From positions 23,808,001-23,872,000 of the forward strand of contig NW_027361825.1 of the NCBI RefSeq assembly GCF_039654945.1: a DNA stretch of 64,000 nt, read 5' to 3'. The notes under the pieces are model-generated. The model was not told the origin of the DNA and did not search any database. It was given only the letters and a program-made list of their open reading frames with translations. The stretch is from Dendrobates tinctorius. Lineage: Eukaryota. Of the stretch, positions 22,514 through 35,875 are shown piece by piece; within the stretch, counting starts at the first letter, position 1, and each line of letters starts with the position of its first letter. A program made the translations under genes and the position numbers.

Positions 22514-25500
22514 GATGGCGTAACAGAACTCCCCCTACCCCTACAAAGTGTTTAACCACTTTGATGCTGCTATAGTATTGTGTGAAAAGTTAAATGGTCG
22601 GTATTGCAGTCATCGCCAATCTGGGCTGTAGTACAAGAGTGTAGAAATAATCACAAACCTTCTCTATATCCACCAACTCGGACTCGTAGATCTCTGCTAT
22701 GGATATGTGATGCTTGGCTGCGATGGTGAATCTTCCCTATGAGGAACAAGAAAAAAAGTCAGTCTCATCAGGCCATCATATGCAATGTATATATGTGTAA
22801 TGTATATAGCTTACTGGAGGTTCCATTTATATAGACTAACATCTGAACGCATGACTCACCATGTCGGTGTAGATCTCTATTGCCCGCAGTAGACAGTTGA
22901 TGGCCTCTGCAAAAGATAGATATGTGATTATCAGATCAATGGCAATGGCCGTGTCAGATAAGATCATGTGCAGCGGAAGAATCAGTCACAGACATACGGG
23001 TACATCACTCACTGGACATATACAGTTAAGTCCATATATATTTGGACAGAGACAACATTTTTCTAGTTTGGTTCTAGACATTACCACAATGAATTTTAAA
23101 CCAAACAATTCAGATGCAGTTGAAGGTCAGACTTTCAGCTTTCATTTGAGGGTATCCACATTAAAATTGGATGAAGGGTTTAGGAGTTTCAGCTCCTTAA
23201 CATGTGCCACCCTGTTTTTCAAGGGACCAAAAGTAATTGGACAATTGACTCCAAGGCTATTTCATGGACAGGTGTGGGCAATCCCTTCGTTATGTCATTC
23301 TCAAGCAGATAAAAGGCCTGGAGTTGATTTGAGGTGTCGTGCTTGCATTTAGAAGGTTTTGCTGTGAAGGAAACATGCGGTCAAAGGAGCTCTCCATGCA
23401 GGTGAAACAAGCCATCCTTAAGCTGCAAAAACAGGAAAAAAAACATCTGAGAAATTGCTACAACATTAGAAGTGGCAAAATCTACAGTTTGGTACATCCT
23501 GAGAAAGAAAGAAAGCACTAGTGAACTCATCAATGCAAAAAGACCTGGGCGCCCACGGAAGACAACAGTGGTGGATGATCGCAGAATAATCTCCATAGTG
23601 AAGAGAAACCCCTTCACAACAGCCATCCAAGTGAACAACACTCTCCAGGAGGTAGGCGTATCAATATCCACATCTACCATAAAGAGAAGACTGCAAGAAA
23701 GTAAATACAGAGAGTTCACTGCACGGGGCAAGCCACTCATAAGCATCAAGAATCAAAAGGTTAGACTGGACTTTGCTAAAAAAACATCTAAAAAAGCCAA
23801 CACAGTTCTGGAAGAACATTCTTTGGACAGATGAAACCAAGATCAACCTCTACCAGAATGATGGAAAGAGAAAAGTATGGCGAAGGCGTGGTACAGCTCA
23901 TGATCCAAAGCATACCACATCATCTGTAAAACACGGCGGAGGCAGTGTGATGGCTTGGGCATGCATGGCTGCCAGTGGCACTGGGTCACTAGTGTTTATT
24001 GATGAAGTGACAGGACAGAAGCAGCCGAATGAATTCTGAGGTATTCAGAGCCATACTGTGTGCTCAGATCCAGCCAAATGCAGCCAAACTGATTGATTGT
24101 CGTTTCATACTACAGATGGACAATGACCCAAAACATAAAGCCAAAGCAACCCAGGAGTTTATTAAAGCAAAGAAGTGGAATATTCTTGAATGGCCAAGTC
24201 ACCTGATCTCAACCCAATTGAGCATGCATTTCACTTGTTAAAGACTAAACTTCAGACAGAAAGGCCCACAAACAAACAGCAACTGAAAACCACCGCAGTG
24301 AAGGCCTGGCAGAGCATCAAAAAGGAGGAAACACAGCGTATGGTGATGTCCATGAGTTCAAGACTTCAGGCAGTCATTGCCAACAAAGGATTTTCAACCA
24401 AGTACTAGAAATAAACATTTTATTTACAATTATTTAATCTGTCCAATTACTTTTGGTCCCTTGAAAAACAGGGTGGCACATGTTAAGGAGCTGAAACTCC
24501 TAAACCCTTCATCCAATTTTAATGTGGATACCCTCAAATGAAAGCTGAAAGTCTGAACTTCAACTGCATCTGAATTGTTTTGATTAAAATTCATTGTGGT
24601 AATGTCTAGAACCAAAATTAGAAAAATGTTGTCTCTGTCCAAATATATATGGACCTAACTATACAGTTGAAACCAGAAGTTTCCATACACTATATAAAAA
24701 GACACATCTGCATGTTTTTCTCAATATCTGACATGAAATCAGAATAATCCTTTCCCATTTTAGGTCAGTTAGGTTTACCATAATTATTAATACTTGCCAA
24801 ATGCCAGAATAATGCGAGAGAGAGAATGTTTTAAGGCATTTTTATTACTTACTGCAAAGCCAAAATTTTCTATACATTTCATTAGTATTTGATACCATTG
24901 CCCTGAAACCTGAATGACTTGGGTGAAAAGTTTGGGATCTCCTTCCACAAGCTTCTCACAATAGTTGGTCGGAATTTGGGCCCACTCCTCCTGACAAAAC
25001 TGGTGTAACTGATCCAGGTCTGTAGGTCGCCTTGCTTGCACTGGCCTTTTCAGCTTTGCCCATACATTTTCAATAGGATTGAGATCAGGGCTTTGTGATG
25101 GCCACTCCAAAACATTGACTTTGCTATCCTTAAGCCGCTTTATTACTATTTTGGCAGTATGCTTCGGGTCATTGTCCATTTGTAAGACCCATTTCCGCAC
25201 AAGCTTTAACTTTCTGGCTGATGCTTGAGATGTTGCTTCAGTGTTGCTACAATCTTCTTTTCTCATGATGCCATCTATTTTGTGAAGTGCAACAGCCCTC
25301 CTGAAGCAAAACAACTCCACAACATGATGCTGCCTCCACCGTGTTTCACAGTTGGGATGGGGTTCTTAGGCTTTCAAGCTTCTCCCTTTTTCCTCCAAAT
25401 TTAACGATGGTCATTATGCCCAAAAAGTTCAATTTTACTTTCATCAGACCACAGGACATCTCTCCAAAAATGAAGGTCTTTGTTCCTGTGTGTATTTTCA

Positions 25501-28500
25501 AACATTAATCTGGCTTTTCTATGTTTCTTTTGGAGTAATGGCTTCTTCCTGGCAGAGTGGCCTTTCAGCCCATGTTGATACAGTACTCGCTTCACTGCGG
25601 ATATTGACACAATCTCACCAGCTTCCGCCATCATCTTCACAAGGTCTTTTGCTTTTGTCCTTGGATTGATATGCACATGTCAGACCAAAGCACATTCATC
25701 TCTGGGACACAGAGCCCATCTACTTCCTGAGCCGTATGATTGCTGGACATTGTCATCTTGTTTGTACTTGCATATAATTGTTTGTACAGATGAACGAGGC
25801 ATCTTCAGGTATCTTGAAATTGTACCCAAGGATGAGCCAGACTTGTGCAAGTCCACAATTCTCTTCCTGATATCTTGGCTGATTTCTTAGGACTTTCCCA
25901 TGATGCTACACAAAGAAGCAGTGGGTTTCAGGTGTGCATTAAAATACATCCACGGGTGTGTCTCATTAGCTCAGGTGTTGCCAAAAACCTATCAGAAACT
26001 TCCCAACACATGACATCATAATATGAGCAGTCCAGAATTGTTTAAAGGCACAGTAATCTTAGTGTAATGTAAACTTTTGACTTTGCAGTAAGTAATAAAA
26101 ATGCCTTAAAACATTCTCTCCCTCTCTCATTCTGGCATTTGGCAAATATTAATAATTATGGTATTCCTAATTCACCTAAAAAAGGAAATGTTTTTTCTGA
26201 TTTCATGTCAAATACTGGGAAAAACATACAGATCTGTCTTTTTATATAGTGTATGGAAACTTCTGGTTTCAGATGTATGTGGCAATGGAGTAACATTAGG
26301 CGACTATGTGACGTGTGGTTAGTGATGGAAGAGAGATCCTCATATTATCAGTGCCATGAGCACCAAAGGTCTATAAGGAAGCAATGGTGGACACGGATCA
26401 CTGTACTGAGCGCGTTCTTATCATCTTGTGCATGAAAACAGAAGATGAGCAACAGGCTGTTGTGTTAACACTTTATTACAAAAAGACAAATTTGACTGTA
26501 AAAGGGGCTTACTGGAAATAAAATTTAATATTTTTTATTTTATATATTTTAATAATAAAGGGTTAACGCAAGAACGTGTTGTGTTATACCTCACCACTAG
26601 AGTTGAGCGACTTTGGTCGGATCGGGTTTCATGAAACAAAATTTGTTTCAGATGAAACTGGTCCGACTAGGGCAAAAAAAGTCGGAGTTTCATCCGAAAC
26701 CCGACCTCAAAGCAAGTCAATGGGAAATAAAAGTCGGCATTGAGTGGATGAATCTCATCCGCTCAATGCCGACTTGTATTTCCCATTGACTTGCATTGGG
26801 GTCGGGTTTCGGATGAAACTCCGACTTTTTTTGCCCTAGTCGGACCAGTTTCATCTGAAACAAATTTTGTTTCATGAAACCCGATTCGACCAAAGTCGCT
26901 CAACTCTACTCACCACGGCCACATTCACACTTCACACACACACAGTGACGTAACCGCCGTCAGACATACTTTTCTCTGACTATATTCCTTTCATTGAGTC
27001 ATTAGCCAAAAGCCACTGGGACAAGCAGCGCTGTACTCAATTTTGACAGAAAGGTGCCGCGTCTTCAAACTATTGATTAAGCCGGAGAGAAGGAGACCGG
27101 CCATCCGGCTGCAGAACAGGAAAAAATTCCAAGGGGAAAAAAAAAAAATATGGCTTGGATGGGAGAAGTTTATAAGAAATTATCCGGTATTATTAAAAAA
27201 TAGCTACAGAACAGGGCAAGGGTTAAAATAATAAAATGACCATTACGCAGCTATTCAATCTGCGGTGGTGCAGTGATGTCACAGCCATCATTCACGTCAC
27301 CACAGCAGCCAATCACTGGCCTCATTGGTCACATGCCACGCCGCGGTGGAAACTTCTGACTGGATGCAGCAGTCACACAAATGATGAGAAATTATTTGTC
27401 CGTTTTTTGTTTTTTTAATTAAAAAAATGGAATTGGAGAAGCCCCACACCAGACTCATCTGCATCATGTACAGCAAAGATATGAGCGTCAGCCCATAAAA
27501 TGTGCTGCGAAGATAACAAGCTCCTAACTGACTACTGGCCCTAGCAGCGGGCGCCAGGCTGCTCTCTATGGTTAATTTATCATTAAAGTTAATATTTCAT
27601 TTATTAAAGCTCCAACTCAAGACACTGCATATTTTGAGTCCCTGTATATCACTCCTTAGGCTGTCCACAGTCATTGTCCTGTGCGTCCCAGGACGTAGGT
27701 GACTAATTAAACTTCATACTTTACAACTACAATCCATACATGCAGCTGCCAGGCTCAGGTGGGGAGAGCCGCCGGCAAGACCGTGCTCTGCGTTCTGATT
27801 TACATGGCCGTCTGGCTGTGCCCCTTACACTTTAGATTTCCTACCTTGAGGGTCGGCCTTCTTAAAAGCATTTCCGGCATCCACAAAGTTGGTGGCGGCA
27901 TCATGCTTGCTCTGGACCTGCAGATGGAGCTGGGCAGCCTGGCAGAAAGCATTGCCAGCAGCTAGAAGAGAGGAAAGAGCCTTCACATACACGGATGGAG
28001 TCATTATTTGCAGGGTAATATAGATTTCTTTATCACTTTTCTTTTTTGAATTTATTGCCTTTTTTACACCAAATTCTTCTATAGGGTGCAAGGGAGTCAT
28101 TCATTTTTTCTTTTTATGCAAAAAAAAAAAGCTATTTCTTTTTGCCTGTTTTTAGTGTGGCTAAAATGTCACCAAAATATTCAGGCGTGCATTAAGAGAT
28201 AAAAATTACTCCAGTAATGAGACTAGAGTACTTTTTGATTAAAAAAAAAAAAAAAAAAAGTTGCGACTTTTTAAACAGTCTCAGTTGAGGAGTCTGACAA
28301 AAACATCTGGAAACCCCAAACTGTGCCCCACAATGATAAACATTCAAAACAATAGAAAACGAGAAGAAAAAAAAAACAAAACAAAACATAAAATAGACTT
28401 TCAAGGCTGTGTGCACAAGCTGCGGATTAGGTGCGGATTCATCCGCGCGGATTTTGTAAAATCCGCAGTTGAAACCGCAGGTCAAAAGACCTGCGGTTTT

Positions 28501-31500
28501 ACCTGCGGATTGCTCTGCGGTTTGGCCCTGCGGTTTTTCATCTCCTCAATGGAGGAGATGGCAAACCGCAGGGGAATCCGCAGAAAGAATTGACATGTCA
28601 ATTCTTTCTGCGGATTGAAAACCGCAGATAATCCGCGCGGAAAATTCTGCACCGTCTGCATTGCGGTTTTTGATTCCCATAGGGAATCATGGTACTGTAC
28701 ACCGCAGCAAAAACTGCTGCGGGTCCGCAGCGGTCAAAACCGCTGCGGAACCGCAGCAAAATCCGCAGCGTGTGCACACAGCCTTAATGTGCATGTTTAG
28801 AAACGATCAGGTGCAAATAAAAAACAACAGAAGAAAAAGAGAAAATGCAAAAATGAGCCGGGTCCTTAGTCTGTAAAGATACGGTATATGTAGATGTCGG
28901 GCCGCAGGGATTCTCAGGACTTTTCATATTACATGTGTTGGGTTAGACCTTGATCAGCTCACTAAAGTGGTTGTGATTCTCAAAGGCGCATCGTCAATTC
29001 AGGCCACCTACGTGAAAGGGATTGGCAACCTTATACAGGAGGGTGGCTAATAGGGAGTGCTGTCATCTCTCCTCATCTTTCTCTGGATCCGAACTTACCG
29101 CTCCAATTCTTCACCATTTTGAACATGTTGGCTGCTCGGGCGTATAGTTCGCACGCTTCTTCCACCTTGGACGAGCCCCTGAATAATAAAACACAGGGTG
29201 GAAACCCTATTAATGGGGGGGGATTAGGAGTAATCATAAACTGTCGACCCACCTTAGTATAACACTTTACATGAAGAATTAGTCCCTATATAAGTAACTA
29301 CAGCTTGTACTGTATGGTAGTGCACAACGTCAGGACTCCAGCATTCATCCCTGCATATACAACTGATCTGGGGGAAGTGTAGTATGGACTCCGGTCATCT
29401 AGGAGGAGCTCCTACTGATTTAAGAGATGACTAGCAGAATTGTGAATGCAGCTCTGGAGGAACATGCAGGACCATTGCTCAAATTAAATAGAGAATTACA
29501 AAGCCCCATTCTTAGGTCCGAGAGGGCAGACACTTATAACCTATCCAGATGGGAGCCCCGTCTCCTCTGTTGATTAATCTGTCTGGCGCAACTGCATCAC
29601 TGCGGCGTGACGTCACACCAGGCCAGCTAATCAAAGTAAGAGCCACGAATGCTGGTGGGTTAAGAGTCAGCTCTCAAGGCTCCCATCTGACGGCACCAGA
29701 TCCCTGATGTCTCTGCTGGACCAGATTCTGAGAATTGAATGCACCAACTCTAATATACCGTATATATATATCCCTCTCTATCACGTATCACTGTGGTTTC
29801 CGCAGCCGCTCGGCATGTCGTACAGACAAACGCTCCTCTAGAGACAGTTTCCATGACAATGCATGAATTAAAAAAAAAAAAAAAAAAATCAAATATCGGC
29901 ATAGAAAGATTAAAAATATAAAAAGTTTTTCCAGGATGCAAGAAAATAAAGCTTATTCCCTGGATAATTAAATGTTCTGCAGATTTCTAATCTTTGTGTT
30001 ATAATTCCTCACCATTTCCGAGATCTCTGCAGTTGTCCATCCATTATTAATGGGCCTAGGGAGGTGAAAAAAATAAACCCAAAAACAACTCGTAGACCTG
30101 GACCGTTCCTGTGTAATCAGTGCTGCAGCAAGTGAACACTGCAGCCAATCAGTGGCCTCTGATTGGCTGCAGAATTCACATTTATTCCAAGCTGGAAGAA
30201 GCTGTATAGTGGACAACCCCTTTAAGGCTACGTTGGTGTTTTCCATGAAGTGTCTTTTGCTGCCGGTATTTTTAATTCCATATATAACATAGCGGCGGCT
30301 ATAAGACTGGAGTGGACACTTCTTTTAGCAGCGTCACAACTTTCGGAAAAAAAAAAAAAGACGCCGTGTGCACAAACAGCGTCGGACTGGCCCACCGGAG
30401 AACCGGAGGATTCTCTGGTGGGCCCTGGCATCTGGTGGGCTCTGGCACCTGCTGGCATACAGGGCCAGCAGTTGCCTAGGGCCCCTGCTGCTCCAGGGGC
30501 CCCCAGCCAGTGGTGTGTCGCACACCATGCAGCTGCTATGGGGGCCCCTGCCAGCGGAGCAGCAGCGGGTGTCAGGAGGCAGGAGCCCCTGTCCCCGCTG
30601 CTAAAGAGAAATGAATATTCACTGCGAAGCAGTGAATATCATTTCACAGTCTCCACCCCCAGAGGCCCCGCCCCCAGCCCAGTAAGCCGCTCTGCATCTG
30701 TAAATCAGTCCTCTCTGCTCCTGACTCACAGCCAGTGCACGATGACGTCACTACATCGCGCACCCGCTGTGTGTCTGGCAGAGGGGGCAGCTCCTGACAC
30801 TGAAGCCGGGATCAGCGTGGGAGCCAGGAGGAGAGGTGAGTATCGTGGTTTGTTTTTTTATATCTCTGTCTCTCTCTATCTATCTCTATATATCTCTCTC
30901 TTATCTATATCTATCTGTCTCTATCTATCCATTATTTATCTCTATATTTATCTCTCTATCTCTATATCTATCTCTCTCTATATCTAATGCTATGTATCTA
31001 TCGCTCTATCTCTATAGCTATCTATTATCTCTATATCTATCTATCTCTATATCTATCTCTATATCTATCTATTATCTCTATATCTATATCTAACTCTATT
31101 TCTATCTAACTCTATATCTATTATCTCTATATCTATCTATCTATATATCTCTATATTATTACTATATCTCTATATTTCTATCTATTATCTATCTCTATCT
31201 ATTATCTATCTATCTATCTTTCTATCTATCTATCGTTTATCTATCTATCCATTATCTATTTTCTATCTATCTCTATATCTATCGATCTATCTCTATATCT
31301 ATATTTCCATCTATATCTATCTCTATCGATCTCTATCTATCTCTATCTATCCATTATCTACTATCTATCTCTATATCTATCTATTTCTACATCTATCTTT
31401 CTATCTATATCTATCTAACTCTATATCTATATAGCATTATACCCTATGAGGGGGCAGCATTATACCCTATGAGAGGGCTATATTCTATGAGATGGCTGCA

Positions 31501-33561
31501 TTATATTCTATGAGGGGGCTGCATTATACTATATGAGGGGGCTGCTTTATATTCTATGAGGTAGGCTACCCCAACTCCTGCTACATAATTAAGATTTGTA
31601 CTACCTTATATTATACCCTGATATTAGCATGTTTTACCACACAATTGGTGGTCTTGTATTTATTTCTATGTAGCTACATAGTGGGCCCCAAGAATGATTT
31701 TCTCTGGTGGGCCCAAGGTGCTCCAGTCCGACGCTGTGCACAAACCCCAATACTTACATCCTGTACTGACTGCAACCGTTACAGTGATCTATTTTTTTTG
31801 CAGTAAAGCTTCACATTTGACCTTGCTAATGTATGAGGTGACATCGAACTGACGCAAGGATTTTGTTGTGCATGTGGGGCAAGGAAGACTTTTTCTAGCT
31901 CCCCATGTGACAACACATACTTCCTGTAGCAGCACAGTTTCAACCGTGTCAGTACTGGCTGTCCCGGGGCTAGCATGACACCATGTCACGAGATCCCTGC
32001 AGCTAATCAGCACTGGTTTCATTCTCCTCTACTACGGACAATTTAAGAGATCGGGAGGAAGTGAGAGCAGCCGCAGCTGTCACCACCTCTGGATGTTAAC
32101 TACGAGAGTGAAGCCAGCGCTGATTGGCTGCAGGGATCACGTAACATGATGTCAGGCAAGCCCAGGGAGAGACAGAAGGGGCTGTCCGATTTGTGGATAA
32201 GCCCTTTAAAGGTTGTTATGTAGCAAACACTTGTTCACTTCCAATTTCTCTGCTTCGCATCAGTGAAGGGGAACATAATCCCACAAATTCAAATACTGGA
32301 CACATCTGACGGTTTGCTACAGATACGTCCATCCGTTCAATCCCCTATGAGGGAAGCAGTCTGGACCCCAGACCAGCTTTTCCATGCGCTGATACATATA
32401 TATATCTTCCTATAATCCCAAGGATTGCCCCTCCCCATCATACAGTGTCTCACAGATGGTTATTTGCATTTTGTAACAAAAAAAAAACTCATTCATTGAC
32501 AGAAAACAAGAACCTTTAAAAATGACTGAGAAATTGTAAAACAAAACTGGAAAGTCCCTTTAAAGGGAATCTGTCACCCCTTTTTTGAGATTTCTTCTTG
32601 TGTAGAGCAAGACAGGGAGGGGGCGAGCAGGTGAATAAGCCCCGCCCAGCGGACCGGACCGTGGCAGTTTACATACATCTGAACCGATATAAAAAAGGTA
32701 TTTATGCATGAAAGGTGCGGGGTCAGGGGGAAGCAAAAGTACTAAGAGAATCCTTATGTGACACACAATTGAATGATATCATTATATGATATCTCAGAAA
32801 AGGGTGACAGATTCCCTTTAAGGGCAGGGCTACTCACAGCCTACTGCAGTCATGTGGGTGGTCTGTGACATATTGTCACATGACACTGGTCTCTCCAAGG
32901 ACTCTGGGCAAGTCGCATTACCCATTTCTCTTGCAACCGTTACCAGGAAACGTATGGCCGTCCACACAATCTATTCACTTGACAGTCGCTAAGTAACTCC
33001 ATGTGATAACATTCACGATGGTGGCCACAGAATTGTCCACAGCAACCAGTCAGCTTTCATTTTACTGCAGCAGGCTTTGAGCAGTAAGCAGTGATTTTGT
33101 TGGTGGCTATGGGTAACATTCTGTTCTATTTATACAATGCAACCAATCTGCTTCCAGCATTTGTAAGAAATAAGCAGTGGTCTGAGTGGCTAATATCGGC
33201 AACCAATCAGATTACAGCTTTTATTTTACTACAGTAAGGTGGAAGAAGAATGCAGCGGCCTGATTGGATATCAACAGCAAACAAACATTTGATTTTGGTA
33301 GCCAATCAGATTCCAGCTTTTATTTTCACATAGGCTGGATACAAGACATCAGAGATCTGATTGGTTGATACTTGGATCCGATTTACACCAGACTGTATCG
33401 GTCGTATCAGACTATCAGTCCTATCATGCGCATCAGATCTCACCCCAGCATGGCCCGACTCACCCGAACAGCCCGGAGAAGAAGGACTGGGAAGACCGGA
33501 TTTTCTTATCGGCCTCAGCCAGCAGCTGCATGGCCTCCTTCTCCTTCCCGGAGTTATCCAT
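19915..33561 (-). CDS. napa: Alpha-SNAP (NSF attachment protein alpha), complete 11-exon CDS, 888 nt / 295 aa
   Basis: Exons 33464-33561, 29099-29178, 27845-27961, 22860-22906, 22659-22736, 22102-22157, 21783-21867, 21547-21651, 21394-21462, 21172-21222, 19915-20016. All GT-AG with consistent phases; protein [17 protein letters not shown]...[13 protein letters not shown] near-identical to human NAPA; syntenic with kptn and znf541. Confidence 0.97.
20335..20491. mobile_element. Short Harbinger-type MITE
   Basis: TIR GGCCAGGATCACAC...GTGTGATCCCGGCC. Confidence 0.65.
21172..21222 (-). CDS. napa: napa exon 10
   Basis: [17 protein letters not shown], 51 bp. Confidence 0.95.
21394..21462 (-). CDS. 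napa: napa exon 9
   Basis: [23 protein letters not shown], 69 bp. Confidence 0.95.
21547..21651 (-). CDS. napa: napa exon 8
   Basis: [35 protein letters not shown], 105 bp. Confidence 0.95.
21783..21867 (-). CDS. napa: napa exon 7
   Basis: [28 protein letters not shown], 85 bp. Confidence 0.95.
22102..22157 (-). CDS. napa: napa exon 6
   Basis: [18 protein letters not shown](S), 56 bp. Confidence 0.95.
22659..22736 (-). CDS. napa: napa exon 5
   Basis: [26 protein letters not shown], 78 bp. Confidence 0.95.
22860..22906 (-). CDS. napa: napa exon 4
   Basis: (E)[15 protein letters not shown], 47 bp. Confidence 0.95.
23023..24661 (+). mobile_element. Full-length Tc1 transposon with long TIRs, frameshifted transposase
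   Basis: TA flanks; ~220-bp inverted repeats (CAGTTAAGTCCATATATATTTGGACAGAGAC...). Transposase pieces 23375-24408 in several frames ([22 protein letters not shown]). Confidence 0.92.
24664..26275 (-). mobile_element. Full-length Tc1 transposon, decayed transposase
   Basis: TIR CAGTTGAAACCAGAAGTTTCCATACAC; ORF pieces 25401-25676 (WSDESK) and 24787-25320 ([18 protein letters not shown]). Confidence 0.92.
26598..26908. mobile_element. hAT-type MITE, near-perfect 311-bp palindrome
   Basis: 8-bp TSD CTCACCAC; TAGAGTTGAGCGAC...GTCGCTCAACTCTA. Confidence 0.9.
27845..27961 (-). CDS. napa: napa exon 3
   Basis: (A)[38 protein letters not shown], 117 bp. Confidence 0.95.
28405..28783. mobile_element. 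Harbinger-type MITE
   Basis: TIR GGCTGTGTGCACA...TGTGCACACAGCC; similar to the 7489 and 44153 copies. Confidence 0.75.
29099..29178 (-). CDS. napa: napa exon 2
   Basis: [26 protein letters not shown], 80 bp. Confidence 0.95.
30377..31736. mobile_element. Non-autonomous hAT element carrying internal satellites
   Basis: TIR CAGCGTCGGACTGG...CCAGTCCGACGCTG; 8-bp TSD TGCACAAA. Confidence 0.85.
30860..31560. repeat. Degenerate (TATC)n microsatellite plus short GCATTATA...ATGAG minisatellite
   Basis: Visible tandem repeats inside the hAT element. Confidence 0.9.
32564..32817. mobile_element. Kolobok/T2-type MITE
   Basis: TTAA TSD; same TIR (AGGGAATCTGTCACC) as the 8684 copy. Confidence 0.8.
33464..33561 (-). 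CDS. napa: napa exon 1
   Basis: [32 protein letters not shown](G), 98 bp, donor GTGAGT. Confidence 0.95.
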
Positions 33562-33699
33562 AGCGGCGGGGGGAGGAATCACCGAAATGGCGACACCAGA
33601 GCAAGCCGAGGATCAGCGGTGACCAGCAGGCGGGGGCAGGTGAGCACAACCAGAGAAAATCCCAGAGATGAGCTCCAGGGAGGGCGCAGAAGACGACAG

Positions 33700-33815
33700 C
33701 TCAGTGACAGAGATGCTGACACAGCGCTACTTCCGCCCACACTGATCACCTGACCTGGGCACGTCACTTCCGCTCTCACATAGGTCAGCTGACCCACAGG
33801 TCACATGACAGGTTT
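33700..33815. promoter_or_regulatory. Probable bidirectional napa / ZBED-like promoter
   Basis: GC-rich; ETS motifs ACTTCCG at ~33729 and ~33767 (the latter overlapping ACGTCAC); E-box GTCACATGAC 33800-33809; lies between divergent first exons. Confidence 0.65.
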
Positions 33816-34559
33816 AAATCTCCCCGCCGGAGAGCAGGAGGCGGATGGTGATGCCCGCAGCAGAGCAGGTGAGAGCGGGCTGTGCTCGGAGCAGAGCTGC
33901 AGTGTGAAGCATGGAGGAGAAGCGACGGTAGCTCCTTGAAGGGGTTCTCAGGTCTCCAACAATCACTACACGGTGATACCTTTCATTGTGCGCAGCTTAC
34001 ATCCAACTCTGGCTTATTCACGTCTCTCCGTTACTATATACACAGTGGGCCTGGATTACAGAAAGATGGCCACATTGTAGGGTTAATCATACCGGTATAT
34101 GGGCTATCTGTGGTCACATTAATACCATCTCCTATGAATAGAAAGTGAGGTCACTGAATAATCCTAATACTGTCCAGGACAATGGGGGTTAATGGGTGGA
34201 GGGTGAGGTGGGGTCGATGCAGCGATCACTGATCATCGCTCTCTGTTTGCAGGTGTCCTTATCGCAGCAGAAGGCGGTGAGTGCGCTATGGCTTGTGATT
34301 AGCTGCGAAACTAATTAATCTGCAATGCTGAAGCCGGTTTCTTATTCATCTGGCTTCTTATTTTGGGCCGAAGCAGGTTTCTTTTGCTATATATATATCT
34401 TTTATTTTATTTTTTTTACAGGTTTAATGACAAGAGAAAAATACAATGCAGGGAGGTTCCCTGATGAAAATACACTTAAAAAGCATTATATAACTGGGCA
34501 TCAAAGTGAGCACTGAAGGATGTTATTGAAATACTTTGGGTCACTGATCTCATACCACC

Positions 34560-34725
34560 ATTAAATAATAATCTTTATTTTTATATAGCGCTAACATATT
34601 CCGCAGCACTTTACAGTTTGCACACATTATCATCACTGTCCCCGATGGGGCTCACAGTCTAAATTCCCTATCAGTATGTCTTTGGAATGGGGGAGAAAAC
34701 TCAAGCAAACACGGGGAGAACATAC
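34560..34725 (-). mobile_element. 3' tail of an L2-type LINE/SINE
   Basis: ATAATAATAATCTTTATT...ATAGCGCTAACATATTCCGCAGCACTTTACAG tail; a related + strand tail lies at ~15335-15425. Confidence 0.5.
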
Positions 34726-35875
34726 ATAGTGATGGCCATATCAAAGTCCGGTCACTCCAGCGTGGCGCAAATGAGTTCTGGGCATCAGAGCGGGGATCAA
34801 AGTGGGTAAATAGCCAATTTTCACAGATTTCAATAAGTAACTATTGGCTTTCAGGGGTTAAATGGCTTTGATGCCCAGAACACATTTGGGCCGGGCTGGA
34901 ATGACCTGAATTTGATGCAGGCCATCACTATGTAATGCTGGTGTGAGATCAGTGGCCCAAAGTCATTTAACCCTTTTAGTGCCCACTTTGATGCCATTTT
35001 TTTTTTTTTTTTTGTAGCTGTTTGAGTATTCACATCAGGGAATCTCACTGCATTGTATTTTATTTTTGGAAAAAAACAGAAAAGAAAGTGCTGAATAAGA
35101 AACAAACTTCAGCATCGTAATTAATCTTTGGTATTTACAGAAGAACAAAATGGGAGTAATCCCCCCCCCCCCCCTCCATGTGCCCTAACACAGGGAAACT
35201 CTGCACCAAATGTGTCACAAAATGTAACATTTAGTGGAACCTGCTCTGCATGTCAGTTCCCTCTTTGTTCTCGTTATATGATGGGCATCTCCGGACCGTG
35301 CTTGTCATCCCCTCTCTGCATTTTAAAATCGCCTTTCCGTACACAGCCAGCAGACTCGCTTTGAGCAGAGAGCCTGCACGGGCATGAGGCTTTGGCAGCT
35401 GTGTGAATAAAGTAGACAGCAGCACCCACATCAGTCAGGGGATGCCCATCAGCCCACCCAATGCTCATTACGGTATAGCGCCGAACAACTGCATAAGGTG
35501 TGCAGTGCTTTTAAGGCGATATAAGGGCTTATTCGGGGGTAAAATCCTGCAGAGAGATTCCCATACTGTTTTTATCAGCATATAGCTATATTAAAGACAA
35601 GTCCAGCAATACCTTTACGTGGCCGGTCCGTTCCTCCATTACTGGGAAATCGGCGTTTGAATTGATATGCAATTGAAGCTGACAAGCTATTTTAGTAGAT
35701 CTGATGCATCCGTCACTCCAGCTCCATTCGATGCCCAATGCCCCTTCCTGCTTCACTGACACCTCCGACGCATGTGCTGTTACCATTTCATTCCATCACG
35801 CAAGCACACTTATCAGTTTCATAACATGATTCCTGGGTCTGGTGCAAGCACAAATACTTTATTTTTACACACGCG

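Noticed and set aside
30250-31093. 245-aa and 85-aa ORFs
   Set aside because: They run through a non-autonomous hAT element and TATC microsatellite; no recognisable domain.
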